A DNA stretch of 64,000 bases. Source: Lysobacterales bacterium. Lineage in GTDB: Bacteria; Pseudomonadota; Gammaproteobacteria; Xanthomonadales; Ahniellaceae. The notes beneath the pieces are model-generated. The model made no database searches and was not told the origin of the DNA. It saw only the letters and a program-made list of their open reading frames with translations. Both the position numbers and the translations under genes were made by a program. Where the stretch lies: positions 6,030-70,029 of the forward strand of contig JANMUE010000446.1 in the NCBI GenBank assembly GCA_031391205.1. The letters are read 5' to 3'. How positions within the stretch are numbered: position 1 is the stretch's first letter; each line of letters starts with the position of its first letter. Of this stretch, positions 41,464 through 51,275 are shown piece by piece.

Positions 41464-42321
41464 ATGGAGCGGGTACAGCGCTGCCAGCCGTGGCTCGGTA
41501 CTTATGTTGACATCGCCTTGCAAGGCAGCGCGTCAGCAGCTTCCCTGCAGTCGTTGGCGAATCAGGCGTTTTCGGCAATCCGTCGGGTGCATGAGGCCAT
41601 GAGTTTCCATCTGGCAGATAGCGAGTTGAGTCGAGTGAACCGTGAGGCGACTACTCGACCGGTGCCGATCAGCGAGGCGCTCCACGAGGTACTGCAGACC
41701 GCATTGGACATCAGTCGCCGTTCTGATGGCGCCTTCGATGTCAGTGTCGCCGGCACGCTGATGCGGCAAGGCGTTCTTCCGCGACAGGCTTTGTGCCTCG
41801 ATCGCCAAGCAAGCTGGCGCGATATCGAATTGACTGACCACCATGTGCGCTTCCATCGCCCATTGCTGATCGATCTGGGCGGTATTGCCAAAGGCTATGC
41901 CGTCGACCAAGCGTGCGCGGTGTTGCCGGACGATGTTCGTTTCGGCGTGAATGCGGGTGGCGATCTGCGTTTGTCGCATTGGCGGTCAGAAAGCGCGCAA
42001 GTTCGCCTGCCGGGTCATGGCGAACTAACCCGAACTGTCTCCATGCGAAATGCGGCTCTGGCCAGCAGTGCAGACCTGGGTCGTGATCGCTACAGCGTGG
42101 TGGTCGGCCCGCATCGTCGTCGTTTGAGGCGACATTCGTTGAGCCTGTCCGTGTTCGCCGGCAACGCCATGCTTGCCGACGCGCTCACCAAGGTAATGCG
42201 CGTTCATCAGGATCCCGCGCGTATATTGACTGACTTGAGTGCCGAGGGTTACCGGCTGGATGCGAGTGGACACTGGCAGTCGATCCATCCTACGACAATG
42301 AAACAGCCCACATGCGCCTGA
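41464..42321 (+). CDS. apbE: FAD:protein FMN transferase (ApbE family)
   Basis: LGTYVDIAL...SELSRVN...GAFDVSV...IDLGGIAKGYAVDQA...VNAGGDLRL are the typical ApbE motifs. Confidence 0.85.
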   Translation: MERVQRCQPWLGTYVDIALQGSASAASLQSLANQAFSAIRRVHEAMSFHLADSELSRVNREATTRPVPISEALHEVLQTALDISRRSDGAFDVSVAGTLMRQGVLPRQALCLDRQASWRDIELTDHHVRFHRPLLIDLGGIAKGYAVDQACAVLPDDVRFGVNAGGDLRLSHWRSESAQVRLPGHGELTRTVSMRNAALASSADLGRDRYSVVVGPHRRRLRRHSLSLSVFAGNAMLADALTKVMRVHQDPARILTDLSAEGYRLDASGHWQSIHPTTMKQPTCA

Positions 42322-42815
42322 TCGATCTGCGTCTGCGAACCAGTGTGCGGCGCACCCTTTATGCCGTGCTTGCCATGAGCTGGACCACTGGCCTGGTGTT
42401 CTACGCGTTACGTCGCTGGTTCCAGATTGATGGGGATTTCGGACTGGAGACGCATCCCTGGCAACAACCCGTACTGCAGATTCACGGTGCTGCGGCATTC
42501 ACCATGTTGATGCTGATCGGCGCCATGTTGCTCAATCATGTACCGGCCGGTTGGCGTAGCGGTCGCTCGCGCGTGCATGGAATCGTGCTCGCCAGTTCAA
42601 TGTCGTTGATGGTGATTTCGGCGTGGTGCCTCTATTACCTCGGGGCTGAAGATGTGCGCGTCTGGATTGGCAACGTGCATCTGCTGGTCGGCATGACCTT
42701 GCCCATCCAGATTGGGCTGCATGTTTGGTTGGGACGTCGGGCCAGGGCACGAAGTCGTAAAGAAAGGCTCGCTCAGTATGAAAGGGGAAGGGTGGCTCTG
42801 CCGGTGAGGCGGTAG
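42312..42815 (+). CDS. Four-TM membrane protein, unknown function
   Basis: 167 aa with four hydrophobic helices carrying conserved-looking His residues (THPWQQPVLQIHGAAAF, NHVPAGW, NVHLLVG). It overlaps the apbE stop by 10 nt. Confidence 0.6.
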   Translation: MRLIDLRLRTSVRRTLYAVLAMSWTTGLVFYALRRWFQIDGDFGLETHPWQQPVLQIHGAAAFTMLMLIGAMLLNHVPAGWRSGRSRVHGIVLASSMSLMVISAWCLYYLGAEDVRVWIGNVHLLVGMTLPIQIGLHVWLGRRARARSRKERLAQYERGRVALPVRR

Positions 42816-42977
42816 AGGCTTGACGGAATTTCTGGGTTGCTGCACTAGGGGCGGGGCGTCGACCTTGCTGCCATCAAGTTCGCGGTGATCTGCCAGATCA
42901 GGGGCGCGCGGACTTGTTCGGCGGTTGAGGCGGTCGTTGCCGTTGCGGGGACCAGATCGAAGCCGAGTAGGCGTGTG

Positions 42978-43010
42978 TTGACGATGGTAATACGAATGCG
43001 TAGCATTATG
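42978..43010 (+). promoter_or_regulatory. Putative promoter with overlapping AT-rich palindrome (Fur-box-like) upstream of the TonB-dependent receptor
   Basis: TTGACG, 17 nt, TAGCAT, with AATGC-gta-GCATT spanning the -10 region. Coordinates are +/-1 nt. Similarity to a Fur box is loose. Confidence 0.3.
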
Positions 43011-43035
43011 ACTATCTAATCAGCTGGAGTACATC

Positions 43036-45303
43036 GTGCGGATGAACATTCCCAACCGGCGCAAGTGGCTCTATCTGGCCGTCGTCTCCGCCCTGTCCTG
43101 GCAGTCGTTGGCATCTGCAGCGGCCGACACAGCTGCCGACGCCGATCGTGAAGATGCCCCCACTTGGCTGGACACCGTCGTGACCAGCGCCACCAAATCC
43201 GCCAAACCCTTGCGCGAAACCATAGGCACGGTGAGCGTGATCGACCGCAAGGCGCTGGATGAGCAGCTGGCCGGAGATTTCAGTGAGGCACTGCGCTACG
43301 AACCGAATCTGTCGATGCGCTCGGCGATGTCGCGCTTCGGTCTGCAGGACATCAATGTGCGCGGCATCGAAGGTAATCGTGTACTGGTGGAGGTCGACGG
43401 CATCCGTGTGCCGGACAGCTTCGCCATCGGCAGCTTCTCCAACGCAACGCGCAACACCGTGGATATCGAGATGCTGGAGAGCATCGAAGTGCTGCGTGGC
43501 CCGGCGTCGTCGTTGTACGGCAGCAGCGCGCTGGGCGGCGTGGTCAGCCTGCGCACGCTCGATCCGATCGATATGCTGCAGGGCGCCGAGTACCATGTCG
43601 GCGCCAAGTCCGGCTATGACAGTGCCGACCATGGCTGGGTGCAGACCGCCAATGCCGCGCTTGGGTTTGGAAGCTGGTCGGGTTCGATCAGCATCGATCG
43701 GCACGAACGCCGCGAGTCCGACAACTTCGGCCGCAACGACAGCCTCAACAGCACGCGCACCCAACCCAATCCCCAGCAGCAGGAAGGCGACAGCGTTCTG
43801 GCCAAGCTGGTCAATCGCATCGGCGACGATCAGCTGCTGCGCGTGACGCTGGATGCGGGTAGTGATCGTACCGAGACCGATGTGCTGACATCGCGTGCGA
43901 CCACGGCCAGCGGACCGAGTCAGATCACCACCACCGATCTCGACGGCATCGACGAGCAATCGCATCAGCGCATCAGTGTCGACTACGAATTTGCAACCGG
44001 CCTGCCGATAATGCATCGCGCCCTGGTCCAGGTGTATGGACAGCGCAGCGAGACCGAACAGCAGACCTTCGAGGACCGCAGCACACGCAGCGCGACCAAC
44101 GCCACGCCGGTGCTGAGCGAACGCGATCGCAGCTTCCTGTTCGATCAGTACATTCGCGGTCTCGAGTTCACTGCAACCGCTGAATTCGACGGCAGCATTG
44201 CGCAGACGCTGACCTGGGGCGCGGAGTGGATCGCTACCGACACCGAACAGCTGCGCACTGGCCTCACCCGCAATCTCACCACCGGCACGTCATCCAGTGT
44301 GCTTGGCCCGGACAATTTCCCGGTGCGGGATTTTCCGTTATCGCAAACCACCGAATGGGCTGCCTACGTGCAGGACGAAATCCGCGTCGCCGACGGCAGG
44401 TTCACTTTGCTGCCCGGACTGCGCTTCGATCGCTTCGAGCTGGATCCGGAAGTCGACGCGATTTTCAGCGCCGACAATCCCGGCATCACGCCGACGGATG
44501 TCAACGAGCAGCATGTGTCGCCCAAGCTGGGCGCGCTGTGGCAGCCGTGGCCGGCGCTGGCCGTGCACGCGCAATACGCTGAAGGTTTCCGCGCGCCGCC
44601 GTATGCGGATGTCAATGTCGGTTTCACCAATCTGCAATTCGGCTACAGCGCCATTCCCAATCCGGACCTGAAAAGCGAAACCAGCCGCGGCATCGAAATC
44701 GGTTTTCGCAACGAGGGGCGATTGGGATACAGCGACATCACCTGGTTCGATAATCGTTATGACGATTTCATCGAATCCTTCGTCAATATCGGTTTCGACG
44801 CGAATGGCATCATGCTGTTCCAGTCGCAGAACCTGACGCGTGTGCGCATCCATGGCGTGGAGTGGCGTGGACTGCTGGAGCTTGGTGAACTGAGCGAAGC
44901 ACTGTCGGGCTTCCGGCTCAACGCTGCGCTCGGTGGCAGTGCCGGTAAGGATCTCGATACTGGCACCCGTCTGGCCTCGATCGATCCTGCCAAGGCAGTG
45001 CTGGGGCTGAGCTGGAGCAGCGTGGACGACCGCTTCGGTGCGCAGCTGATCGGCACCGGCGTAAAGCGCAATACGAAAGCGGCAGACGGCCAATTCCAGA
45101 CACCCGGCTATGGCGTGATCGATGCGCTGGCGCGCATGCGCATCGGTGATCATGTCGACTGGCGCATCGGCGTGTTCAATCTGGCCGATCGCAAGTATTG
45201 GCAGGCGTCATCGGTGCGTGGCCGCAGCGCCACTGACTTGACGCTGGATCGATTCACCGAATCCGGACGCTATGTATCCACCTCGGTTTCGCTGAATTGG
45301 TGA
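43036..45303 (+). CDS. TonB-dependent outer-membrane receptor
   Basis: 755 aa with a signal peptide, a plug domain (TVSVIDRKALDEQ...IEVLRGPASSLYGSSALGGVVSL), a 22-strand barrel pattern and a C-terminal aromatic residue (...VSLNW). Confidence 0.93.
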   Translation: MRMNIPNRRKWLYLAVVSALSWQSLASAAADTAADADREDAPTWLDTVVTSATKSAKPLRETIGTVSVIDRKALDEQLAGDFSEALRYEPNLSMRSAMSRFGLQDINVRGIEGNRVLVEVDGIRVPDSFAIGSFSNATRNTVDIEMLESIEVLRGPASSLYGSSALGGVVSLRTLDPIDMLQGAEYHVGAKSGYDSADHGWVQTANAALGFGSWSGSISIDRHERRESDNFGRNDSLNSTRTQPNPQQQEGDSVLAKLVNRIGDDQLLRVTLDAGSDRTETDVLTSRATTASGPSQITTTDLDGIDEQSHQRISVDYEFATGLPIMHRALVQVYGQRSETEQQTFEDRSTRSATNATPVLSERDRSFLFDQYIRGLEFTATAEFDGSIAQTLTWGAEWIATDTEQLRTGLTRNLTTGTSSSVLGPDNFPVRDFPLSQTTEWAAYVQDEIRVADGRFTLLPGLRFDRFELDPEVDAIFSADNPGITPTDVNEQHVSPKLGALWQPWPALAVHAQYAEGFRAPPYADVNVGFTNLQFGYSAIPNPDLKSETSRGIEIGFRNEGRLGYSDITWFDNRYDDFIESFVNIGFDANGIMLFQSQNLTRVRIHGVEWRGLLELGELSEALSGFRLNAALGGSAGKDLDTGTRLASIDPAKAVLGLSWSSVDDRFGAQLIGTGVKRNTKAADGQFQTPGYGVIDALARMRIGDHVDWRIGVFNLADRKYWQASSVRGRSATDLTLDRFTESGRYVSTSVSLNW

Positions 45304-45463
45304 GCCACGGAACAGAACGCTGATGATCCTGCGCTTCGCCGGTTCGGCTGCCGAAATTTTCGCGAAGTTTCGCGAGATCGAGGATCGATGCGCGGCACTC
45401 GAACGACAGCCGATAGCGCAGGCCGATCTCAACCGTGCGCCTCCGGCGAGGGAAGACACCCTC

Positions 45464-45733
45464 ATGCAAACCATCCGATCCTTCTCCGGGATCGCTCTCG
45501 CGCTGGCCATTGGCTATGCCGCCGGAGTCTTGATGTGCGTGGATGCCTACTATCTAGGGCAGTCCAGCGTCGCCAAGGGAGGGCTGACGGGCCCAAGCAT
45601 GATCTGTCTCCCTCGTCGGCAGGGGCCGGTCGACACGAACTCTCCTTATGCGAGTGCCGAAACAGCCACGACAACTTTCCCGGTCAATGGCACTGAAGTC
45701 TGCCAGACCCTGCCATCGGAACACACCCCATGA
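45464..45733 (+). CDS. Small hypothetical protein with N-terminal TM/signal
   Basis: Trimmed to MQTIRSFSGIALALAIGYAAGVL. 4-nt overlap with the next gene. Confidence 0.4.
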   Translation: MQTIRSFSGIALALAIGYAAGVLMCVDAYYLGQSSVAKGGLTGPSMICLPRRQGPVDTNSPYASAETATTTFPVNGTEVCQTLPSEHTP

Positions 45734-46890
45734 AACTGCGCTGCATTCTCTTCTTCGCTGCTCTCCTGTCGACTGCCGCTGCAGCCGAAGGCTCGGACGT
45801 TCCGGCGACGCCCGAGCATCGCTTCACGTTTTCCTATCCCTTCAGCGATGACGATGCCATGAAGCCGCGCGGATCATCAACCAAAGGCGTGCCGGTGACA
45901 TTGGATACCCAGGTATCGGCTGCCTGGCAGTCGCTGCAGCAGGCGGGCATCGACAGCCAGGAGCGTGATCGCCGCGCGATTCTGGCGATGGCGGGCGAGT
46001 ATCGTGTCAGCTTCGATTTTCTCGAAGTGGTGCAGTTCGATGCGACGGCGCCCAAGGATCGTCCATATCAGAGCTGGGCGACCGAAAAGGTGTACGTGAT
46101 TGCGGATCGTCCGGATTTCGTCAGCCTTCAGCACATCCTGGTGATGCACATCCTGGACGAGCACGGCAAGCCAATGAGTCCTTTCGTCACCAAGCATTGG
46201 CGTCAGGACTGGCAGTACGAGCCGCGGCATCTTGACGAGTATCTCGGCTCAGTGCGCTGGCAGCGGCGCGCTCTGCCGGCATCGGAAAGCCATGGGCAGT
46301 GGTCGCAGACTGCGTATCAGGTCGACGACTCGCCGCGCTATGCCGCACTCGGGCGCTGGCAGCACAACCGCAGTTTTTCGACTTGGATTGGTGCAGACAC
46401 GTTGCGACCGCTGCCGCGCCGCGAGTACACCTTCCGCGACGACTATCAGGTGCTGATGGCGAGCAATCGCCACACCATTCTGGCCACGGGCTGGGTGCAG
46501 GAAGAGAACAATCTCAAGCAGCGTGTTCCGACGGGTGGAGCAGGCAATGCCCTGCCGTTCGCCGGTCGCGAGTACGGTATCGCGCGTTATGAGCGTGTTC
46601 TCGGCACCGACTTCAGTGCCGGCGACAAGTACTGGCAGCATACCGGCGCATTGTGGGCCGAGGTGCGCACCTACTGGGACGAGTTATTCGCGCATGACAA
46701 GCCGTTGTGCCTGCGCGGGGCACCCGATCAGAAGCAGCTCTTCATCCCGTTGTTCGCGCTTGCGGATGACACCAGGAAGCTGGCCGGGGCCAAGCCGGAG
46801 CAACTACGCGACTGGGCGCGGCAACGTATCGACGGCTATCTCACCGAAGGCGAGTGCGCCGCAGCTGCTTCCGCCGCGGCGCGCTATTGA
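45730..46890 (+). CDS. Secreted hypothetical protein (386 aa), receptor-associated
   Basis: Signal peptide MKLRCILFFAALLSTAAAAEG; Trp/Arg-rich globular protein. A vague recollection of a DUF-type family next to TonB receptors is not verifiable here. Confidence 0.65.
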   Translation: MKLRCILFFAALLSTAAAAEGSDVPATPEHRFTFSYPFSDDDAMKPRGSSTKGVPVTLDTQVSAAWQSLQQAGIDSQERDRRAILAMAGEYRVSFDFLEVVQFDATAPKDRPYQSWATEKVYVIADRPDFVSLQHILVMHILDEHGKPMSPFVTKHWRQDWQYEPRHLDEYLGSVRWQRRALPASESHGQWSQTAYQVDDSPRYAALGRWQHNRSFSTWIGADTLRPLPRREYTFRDDYQVLMASNRHTILATGWVQEENNLKQRVPTGGAGNALPFAGREYGIARYERVLGTDFSAGDKYWQHTGALWAEVRTYWDELFAHDKPLCLRGAPDQKQLFIPLFALADDTRKLAGAKPEQLRDWARQRIDGYLTEGECAAAASAAARY

Positions 46891-46930
46891 GCGTGGGTGG
46901 CGTTTCCGATCACATCACGAAGAGCGAGTC

Positions 46931-47407
46931 ATGGACCCAAATAGCTCCGAGCATCTTCTTGTCACCGACCTGCGATTCCCGCGACAGCTGTTGCTGTGGG
47001 CATTTCGTCAAACCCGGTACGGCAATGGGCAGGCGGTCATCAAGCAGCTGATCGCCGACGCCCTACAGCGCGTGGGCCTGAGTCAGGCGCACAAGCATCT
47101 GGATATTCTGGTCGACTGCTTTACCGCCGATGGTGGGCGGCAGCTGCACCTGCTGCCACCGGATCGCAGCTGGGTAAGCTGCGATGAGGTGCTGCTGTTG
47201 GACGCTCTGGGCACGCTGCAATCCGGCGACGATTACGAACTCACACATTTCTGGCAACTCTGGTTGTCGCCCACCGGAGTTCGTCTGGCGACCGCGCACG
47301 CTGCCGCAATCGCCGCGCAGTTTCACAACGCAGGATTGATGTTGGGAGCCTCCGATGAATGGCCGCCGCCAGTGCCGTTGCCATCTCAGTCCGCTTTGCT
47401 GCATTGA
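46931..47407 (+). CDS. Hypothetical cytoplasmic protein (158 aa)
   Basis: ATG within track ORF 46523..47407 (MDPNSSEHLLVTDLRFPRQLLLWAFRQTRYG...). No motif recognised. Confidence 0.5.
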   Translation: MDPNSSEHLLVTDLRFPRQLLLWAFRQTRYGNGQAVIKQLIADALQRVGLSQAHKHLDILVDCFTADGGRQLHLLPPDRSWVSCDEVLLLDALGTLQSGDDYELTHFWQLWLSPTGVRLATAHAAAIAAQFHNAGLMLGASDEWPPPVPLPSQSALLH

Positions 47408-47511
47408 TGAACGCCGACCCAGGATTGCATTCGACGCAATTGGTCTCGGACACAATGCCCAGCTCAGTTTCGCGATTCAACTGTTTCCCTTATTGGAAGG
47501 ACAAGACAACC

Positions 47512-48444
47512 ATGAAGATGTTCTCAGCTTTTGCTGCCGTCGCACTCGGCCTGATTGCCGGCTGCACTTCAATACAGACCGGCACCGTGCATTCCGAGGA
47601 TGATTTCGGTCTGCTGGTGATGGCACACGGTGGCGGCGACGAATGGAACCGTGAGGTCACGGACGCCCTGGCACCGATCGGCCGCGACCATCCGCTACAG
47701 ATTGCATTTGGGATGGCCGATGCTGCCAGTCTGCAGGAAGCGGTGACCAAGCTGGAGCGGCAGGGCGTCGAGCGTATTGGCGTGGTGCGGCTGTTTGTCA
47801 GCGGCGAGAGCTGGTACGAGCGCACCGAGCAGATCCTTGGCCTCAAATCCGGCGCACCCGTAAAGCCGGCGACCGACGAACACACCGAGCACGGCGCGCA
47901 TGGCGGCCACAGCATGGCTTTCTGGCGGCTCGACACCGATGCTGCCTTCGCCCTCAGCAAGCAAGGGCTGGCGGACGCGCCGGAGATCGGGGCGGTGCTG
48001 GCCGATCGCGCGCGCCATCTGAGTCGCGATCCCGAGCATGAAGATGTGCTGATCCTCGCGCACGGTCCTGGCGACGATGCCGAGAATCGGCGCTGGCTCG
48101 AACAAATCAATGCCCGTGCAGAATCTGTTCGGACTGTGCTGCCGTTCCGCAGCGTGCAAGTGGAGACGTTGCGCGAGGACTGGCCCGACAAGCGCAAGGC
48201 TGCGGAACTCCGCATTCGCACCATCGTCGCGCGCGCCGGCGATGAGGGTGGCCGCGCCATCGTCATTCCGTTCCGGGTGCAGGGGTTCGGCCCATACTCA
48301 GAAGTTCTCAAGGGGCTGGACTACGCCCACGACGGTCAGGGCCTGATCCCAAGTCCGCAGATTGAGCAATGGGTGCGTCGCCAAGCCAATGAACTGCGGA
48401 CCGGAGACTTTCGCTTTCAGGAGGGGGAGGAGCAATGGGACTGA
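47512..48444 (+). CDS. Lipoprotein with tandem CbiX/SirB-like (chelatase-fold) halves
   Basis: Lipobox LIAGC. There are two similar halves (GLLVMAHGGGDEWNREV... and VLILAHGPGDDAENRRW...), each ending in a beta-alpha pattern reminiscent of CbiX. Confidence 0.65.
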   Translation: MKMFSAFAAVALGLIAGCTSIQTGTVHSEDDFGLLVMAHGGGDEWNREVTDALAPIGRDHPLQIAFGMADAASLQEAVTKLERQGVERIGVVRLFVSGESWYERTEQILGLKSGAPVKPATDEHTEHGAHGGHSMAFWRLDTDAAFALSKQGLADAPEIGAVLADRARHLSRDPEHEDVLILAHGPGDDAENRRWLEQINARAESVRTVLPFRSVQVETLREDWPDKRKAAELRIRTIVARAGDEGGRAIVIPFRVQGFGPYSEVLKGLDYAHDGQGLIPSPQIEQWVRRQANELRTGDFRFQEGEEQWD

Positions 48445-48810
48445 AGACCGCGTTAAGCCGTCGGACTCTTCATCCTTCTCATCCAGAATGTCGCCGTTGA
48501 GCTGCGCCTAACGAGCAAATGATCACCGCCGCGATCGCGCTGTTGAGCCAACTATCCACTTGTCCAGGCGGGTTAATTACAGGTGTCGGGCTGCTGAACC
48601 GCCAAGTCATTCCAAAAAAAGGCCACGCGGAGAAAGTTTCCGATAAAATCAATCGTTTGACCCTAGCTATGCAGGTTTTCGCGCATTTGCCGGCAAACCT
48701 TCAAGTTCAAAGTAATGTCGTAGGCTTTGTCGAAGTCGATACGTAGCAATTGGCGGCTCTTTTGCTGGTCGAGGCCAGTGGTTGACGCGACGTTCCGAAA
48801 GACTGCGTCT

Positions 48811-49902
48811 TCATGGCGTGCTTCGCCTAGATACGATCATGTCGTGGTCTATGAAGACCGCCATTGCGCTCTCGTCCTCTGCATCTCGAACGATCATCCG
48901 GTCGCCGACGTCGAGCAGCACTTTAAGCTTTCGCGTCCTACCGCTGGAATCCTCCGGTAGCTGAAGTTGCAACAGGATTCGATTATCCACATCCTCGCCC
49001 AGTATGAGTTCGACAGTCTTGTTGCCACCAATCCCGAGCATGGACATCGGCGCGTTGAGAAATCGCGGATACACCAAAGGTAGCGACACACCAATGACGA
49101 GCATTGCGAGTGCTCCAATCCTGATTTTACTGGAGTCAATGGGGTTTGCTGTTTCCCCTGGGATCATCAGCAAAGCCGAAATGCCAGTCAGGAGCAACCA
49201 GGAGACGATCACCGCTGCCACTTGCAATGAAGTGGGTGTCCCAGAAAGGGATAGGGCGCTCGACTGCAATATGATTTCCGCGAGGAACAGCGTCCAAAAT
49301 AGCAACAACCAAGCCATCAATATGTACGCCAAGAAGCTCAGCAATGCGGTCGCTTTGCCTTGTGCATGCAGAAGTTTGATGAGTCCAAGAAAGCCTACTG
49401 CGGCAAGCACAGTCACAACAATGTCCCATATGGAATTACTCGCTGTCCCCAATGCTTGCTTGATGACCACAAGGAACACCAGAAAACTGGGCAAAGCAAT
49501 CAATGTAAACCGAAGGAAACGCGAGCTACGTTTTGATTCCGGGGATCTGCTCGCATGTGGCTTTGTCGGATCGGGCGAAGCGACACCAAAGAAGGCAAGA
49601 TAGCCATCCTGAAATATCGGCAGCCTTACGAACAAGGGGAACAGCGCAAAGGACTGCAGCAGAACCATCGCAAAGATTCCTAATGCTGCAATAGCGAGCA
49701 GCAGCATGGGGAGTTCCGAAAGATCCAGTGGCGTAGGGATCTTGTGGAAGGCACAGTACCTCGCTAGCCACAGAAACCCGATGCCGCTGCCGACGAGGGC
49801 ACAATTAGCGAGCGGAGCATCGCGTAGGAGTTCAAGCGCACTCTTGTGATCGGTTGTCGCCAATGCACTGTCATCGCGAGATGCGGAACGTTTGGGGCTC
49901 AT
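48811..49902 (-). CDS. Polytopic membrane protein with small C-terminal soluble domain, unknown function
   Basis: 363 aa with about 7-8 hydrophobic helices, in lower-GC DNA. No motif recognised. Confidence 0.65.
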   Translation of the reverse strand: MSPKRSASRDDSALATTDHKSALELLRDAPLANCALVGSGIGFLWLARYCAFHKIPTPLDLSELPMLLLAIAALGIFAMVLLQSFALFPLFVRLPIFQDGYLAFFGVASPDPTKPHASRSPESKRSSRFLRFTLIALPSFLVFLVVIKQALGTASNSIWDIVVTVLAAVGFLGLIKLLHAQGKATALLSFLAYILMAWLLLFWTLFLAEIILQSSALSLSGTPTSLQVAAVIVSWLLLTGISALLMIPGETANPIDSSKIRIGALAMLVIGVSLPLVYPRFLNAPMSMLGIGGNKTVELILGEDVDNRILLQLQLPEDSSGRTRKLKVLLDVGDRMIVRDAEDESAMAVFIDHDMIVSRRSTP

Positions 49903-50767
49903 TCGGTCGCTCCAGTTGCTAGATCACTATCAATAGACGCCGCGAGGCGCTTTGCCGCACACTAGTGCGTCCCAACGGTGCCGAGGGCGCGCGACGTAAG
50001 AGCAGCAAAAAAAGACGCTAGCACGACAGCATGCATCGGCGTCTACAAAAATCGTTGAGGGCGTGTGCGCGTGGCGACGCGAGCCTAGCCGCGACCATCG
50101 TATCGCCGATCGATCCGGCGTTTCTCGGCGAGACGCTGCACTGCTTCGGAGGAGGACAAGAGTACGGGCGTCTCAGCGCTAAGAACGTGCTGAACTATTC
50201 TTTGATCTCTCGGTACTCGTAGGGTTTGGTATGCGGGAGTAGGCGAGTTGGTGCGTCGCTTATGGCTTGGGCGATTGAAGAACCTGTCGGAAGTAGGGCG
50301 CATGGTCGACGACTAGACGCGCTCCGCGAGCACCGAAAGTTTGCCGTTGACAACACCGCAGGCCAGGCGTAGCTTCCGGATCGTCGATCCCGGGGGATTG
50401 ACGAGCGCCACAAGCGTTTTGTGACGCGACCAGGGGATGCCGTGAGACAAGTCTCGCGTTGGCCCCTCCTGTTTCATGACGTGGCCTTAAAGCCACTGTG
50501 GAGCGTGCCCCGTGAACGCTAGCGGTCTTGGTTCATCGCCAAATCTTCCGTGCCACTCGGTGCGTTACCGCCGATGCTGGCGCGCACCCGCTGCACTTCA
50601 TCTCACGGTTCTAACCTTGCGTGATCATGCGGCGCGGCGTCCTCGTGCGTTGGAGGTCACCAATCACGCAGCACAGCTGCCCGACTGCAATCTAAGTTGG
50701 TACTCGCCTGGGCTTGGCGGCACTCGCGAGCGCAATCCAATCGCAATTCGCAAGAGACGACACGGCC

Positions 50768-50799
50768 GATTAGGAAGGCTTATCGGGGGTAGGGGGAGG
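50768..50799 (+). repeat. Direct repeat A (left flank of the hydrolase/TPR operon)
   Basis: GATTAGGAAGGCTTATCGGGGGTAGGGGGAGG. It shares a 15-nt perfect core TTATCGGGGGTAGGG (50780-50794), and about 24 of 30 positions, with 55283-55313. Confidence 0.7.
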
Positions 50800-51275
50800 C
50801 AGGTTTCGCCGGCATCGCTTCGGCCCAGGGTGGGACCACGGATCGAAAATCTTCAGTTCGGACGTCGTGCCCCACGTCCCGCCGCCTTCGAACTCCACAC
50901 AAATTGGGGTGGTGAGGTACTTCGACTCGGCTGGCCGGTTACATCACGAACGTACGCAATGGAAACGACTAGCCGAGCAGGTGTGACTCGCCTTCCAATC
51001 GGTAACGTCGGGCAATTCCTTGTGGCTTTCCGAAGCCACACGGTACGCGCGCCAACCGATCACGGCATGGCAGGCTATGTGGAGTGTATCGAACGCCTAG
51101 ACACGGTTCGAGCGCTATGGGATGTCTCGATCACTGTCGCGTCAATCCCGGCGCCCGCTCACCCCAAACTATCAGCTGCCGTACCAGCTACATCAAATCA
51201 GGCTCTCGCCATCGGCTCGTCCAAGCTGACAAGCGAACACGAGTTAAGGATCACACCAGAGGAGCGAGGGTTCAG

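Noticed and set aside
43012-45153. Minus-strand track ORFs 43012..44016 (334 aa) and 44338..45153 (271 aa)
   Set aside because: They are antisense to the TonB-dependent receptor and their composition is low-complexity, so they are shadow ORFs.
48663-48800. Minus-strand peptide ...LLRIDFDKAYDITLNLKVCRQMRENLHS, with a motif faintly like reverse-transcriptase D..KAFD
   Set aside because: It is under 60 codons with no start codon and no other RT motifs, and it lies between two convergent genes. The evidence is insufficient.
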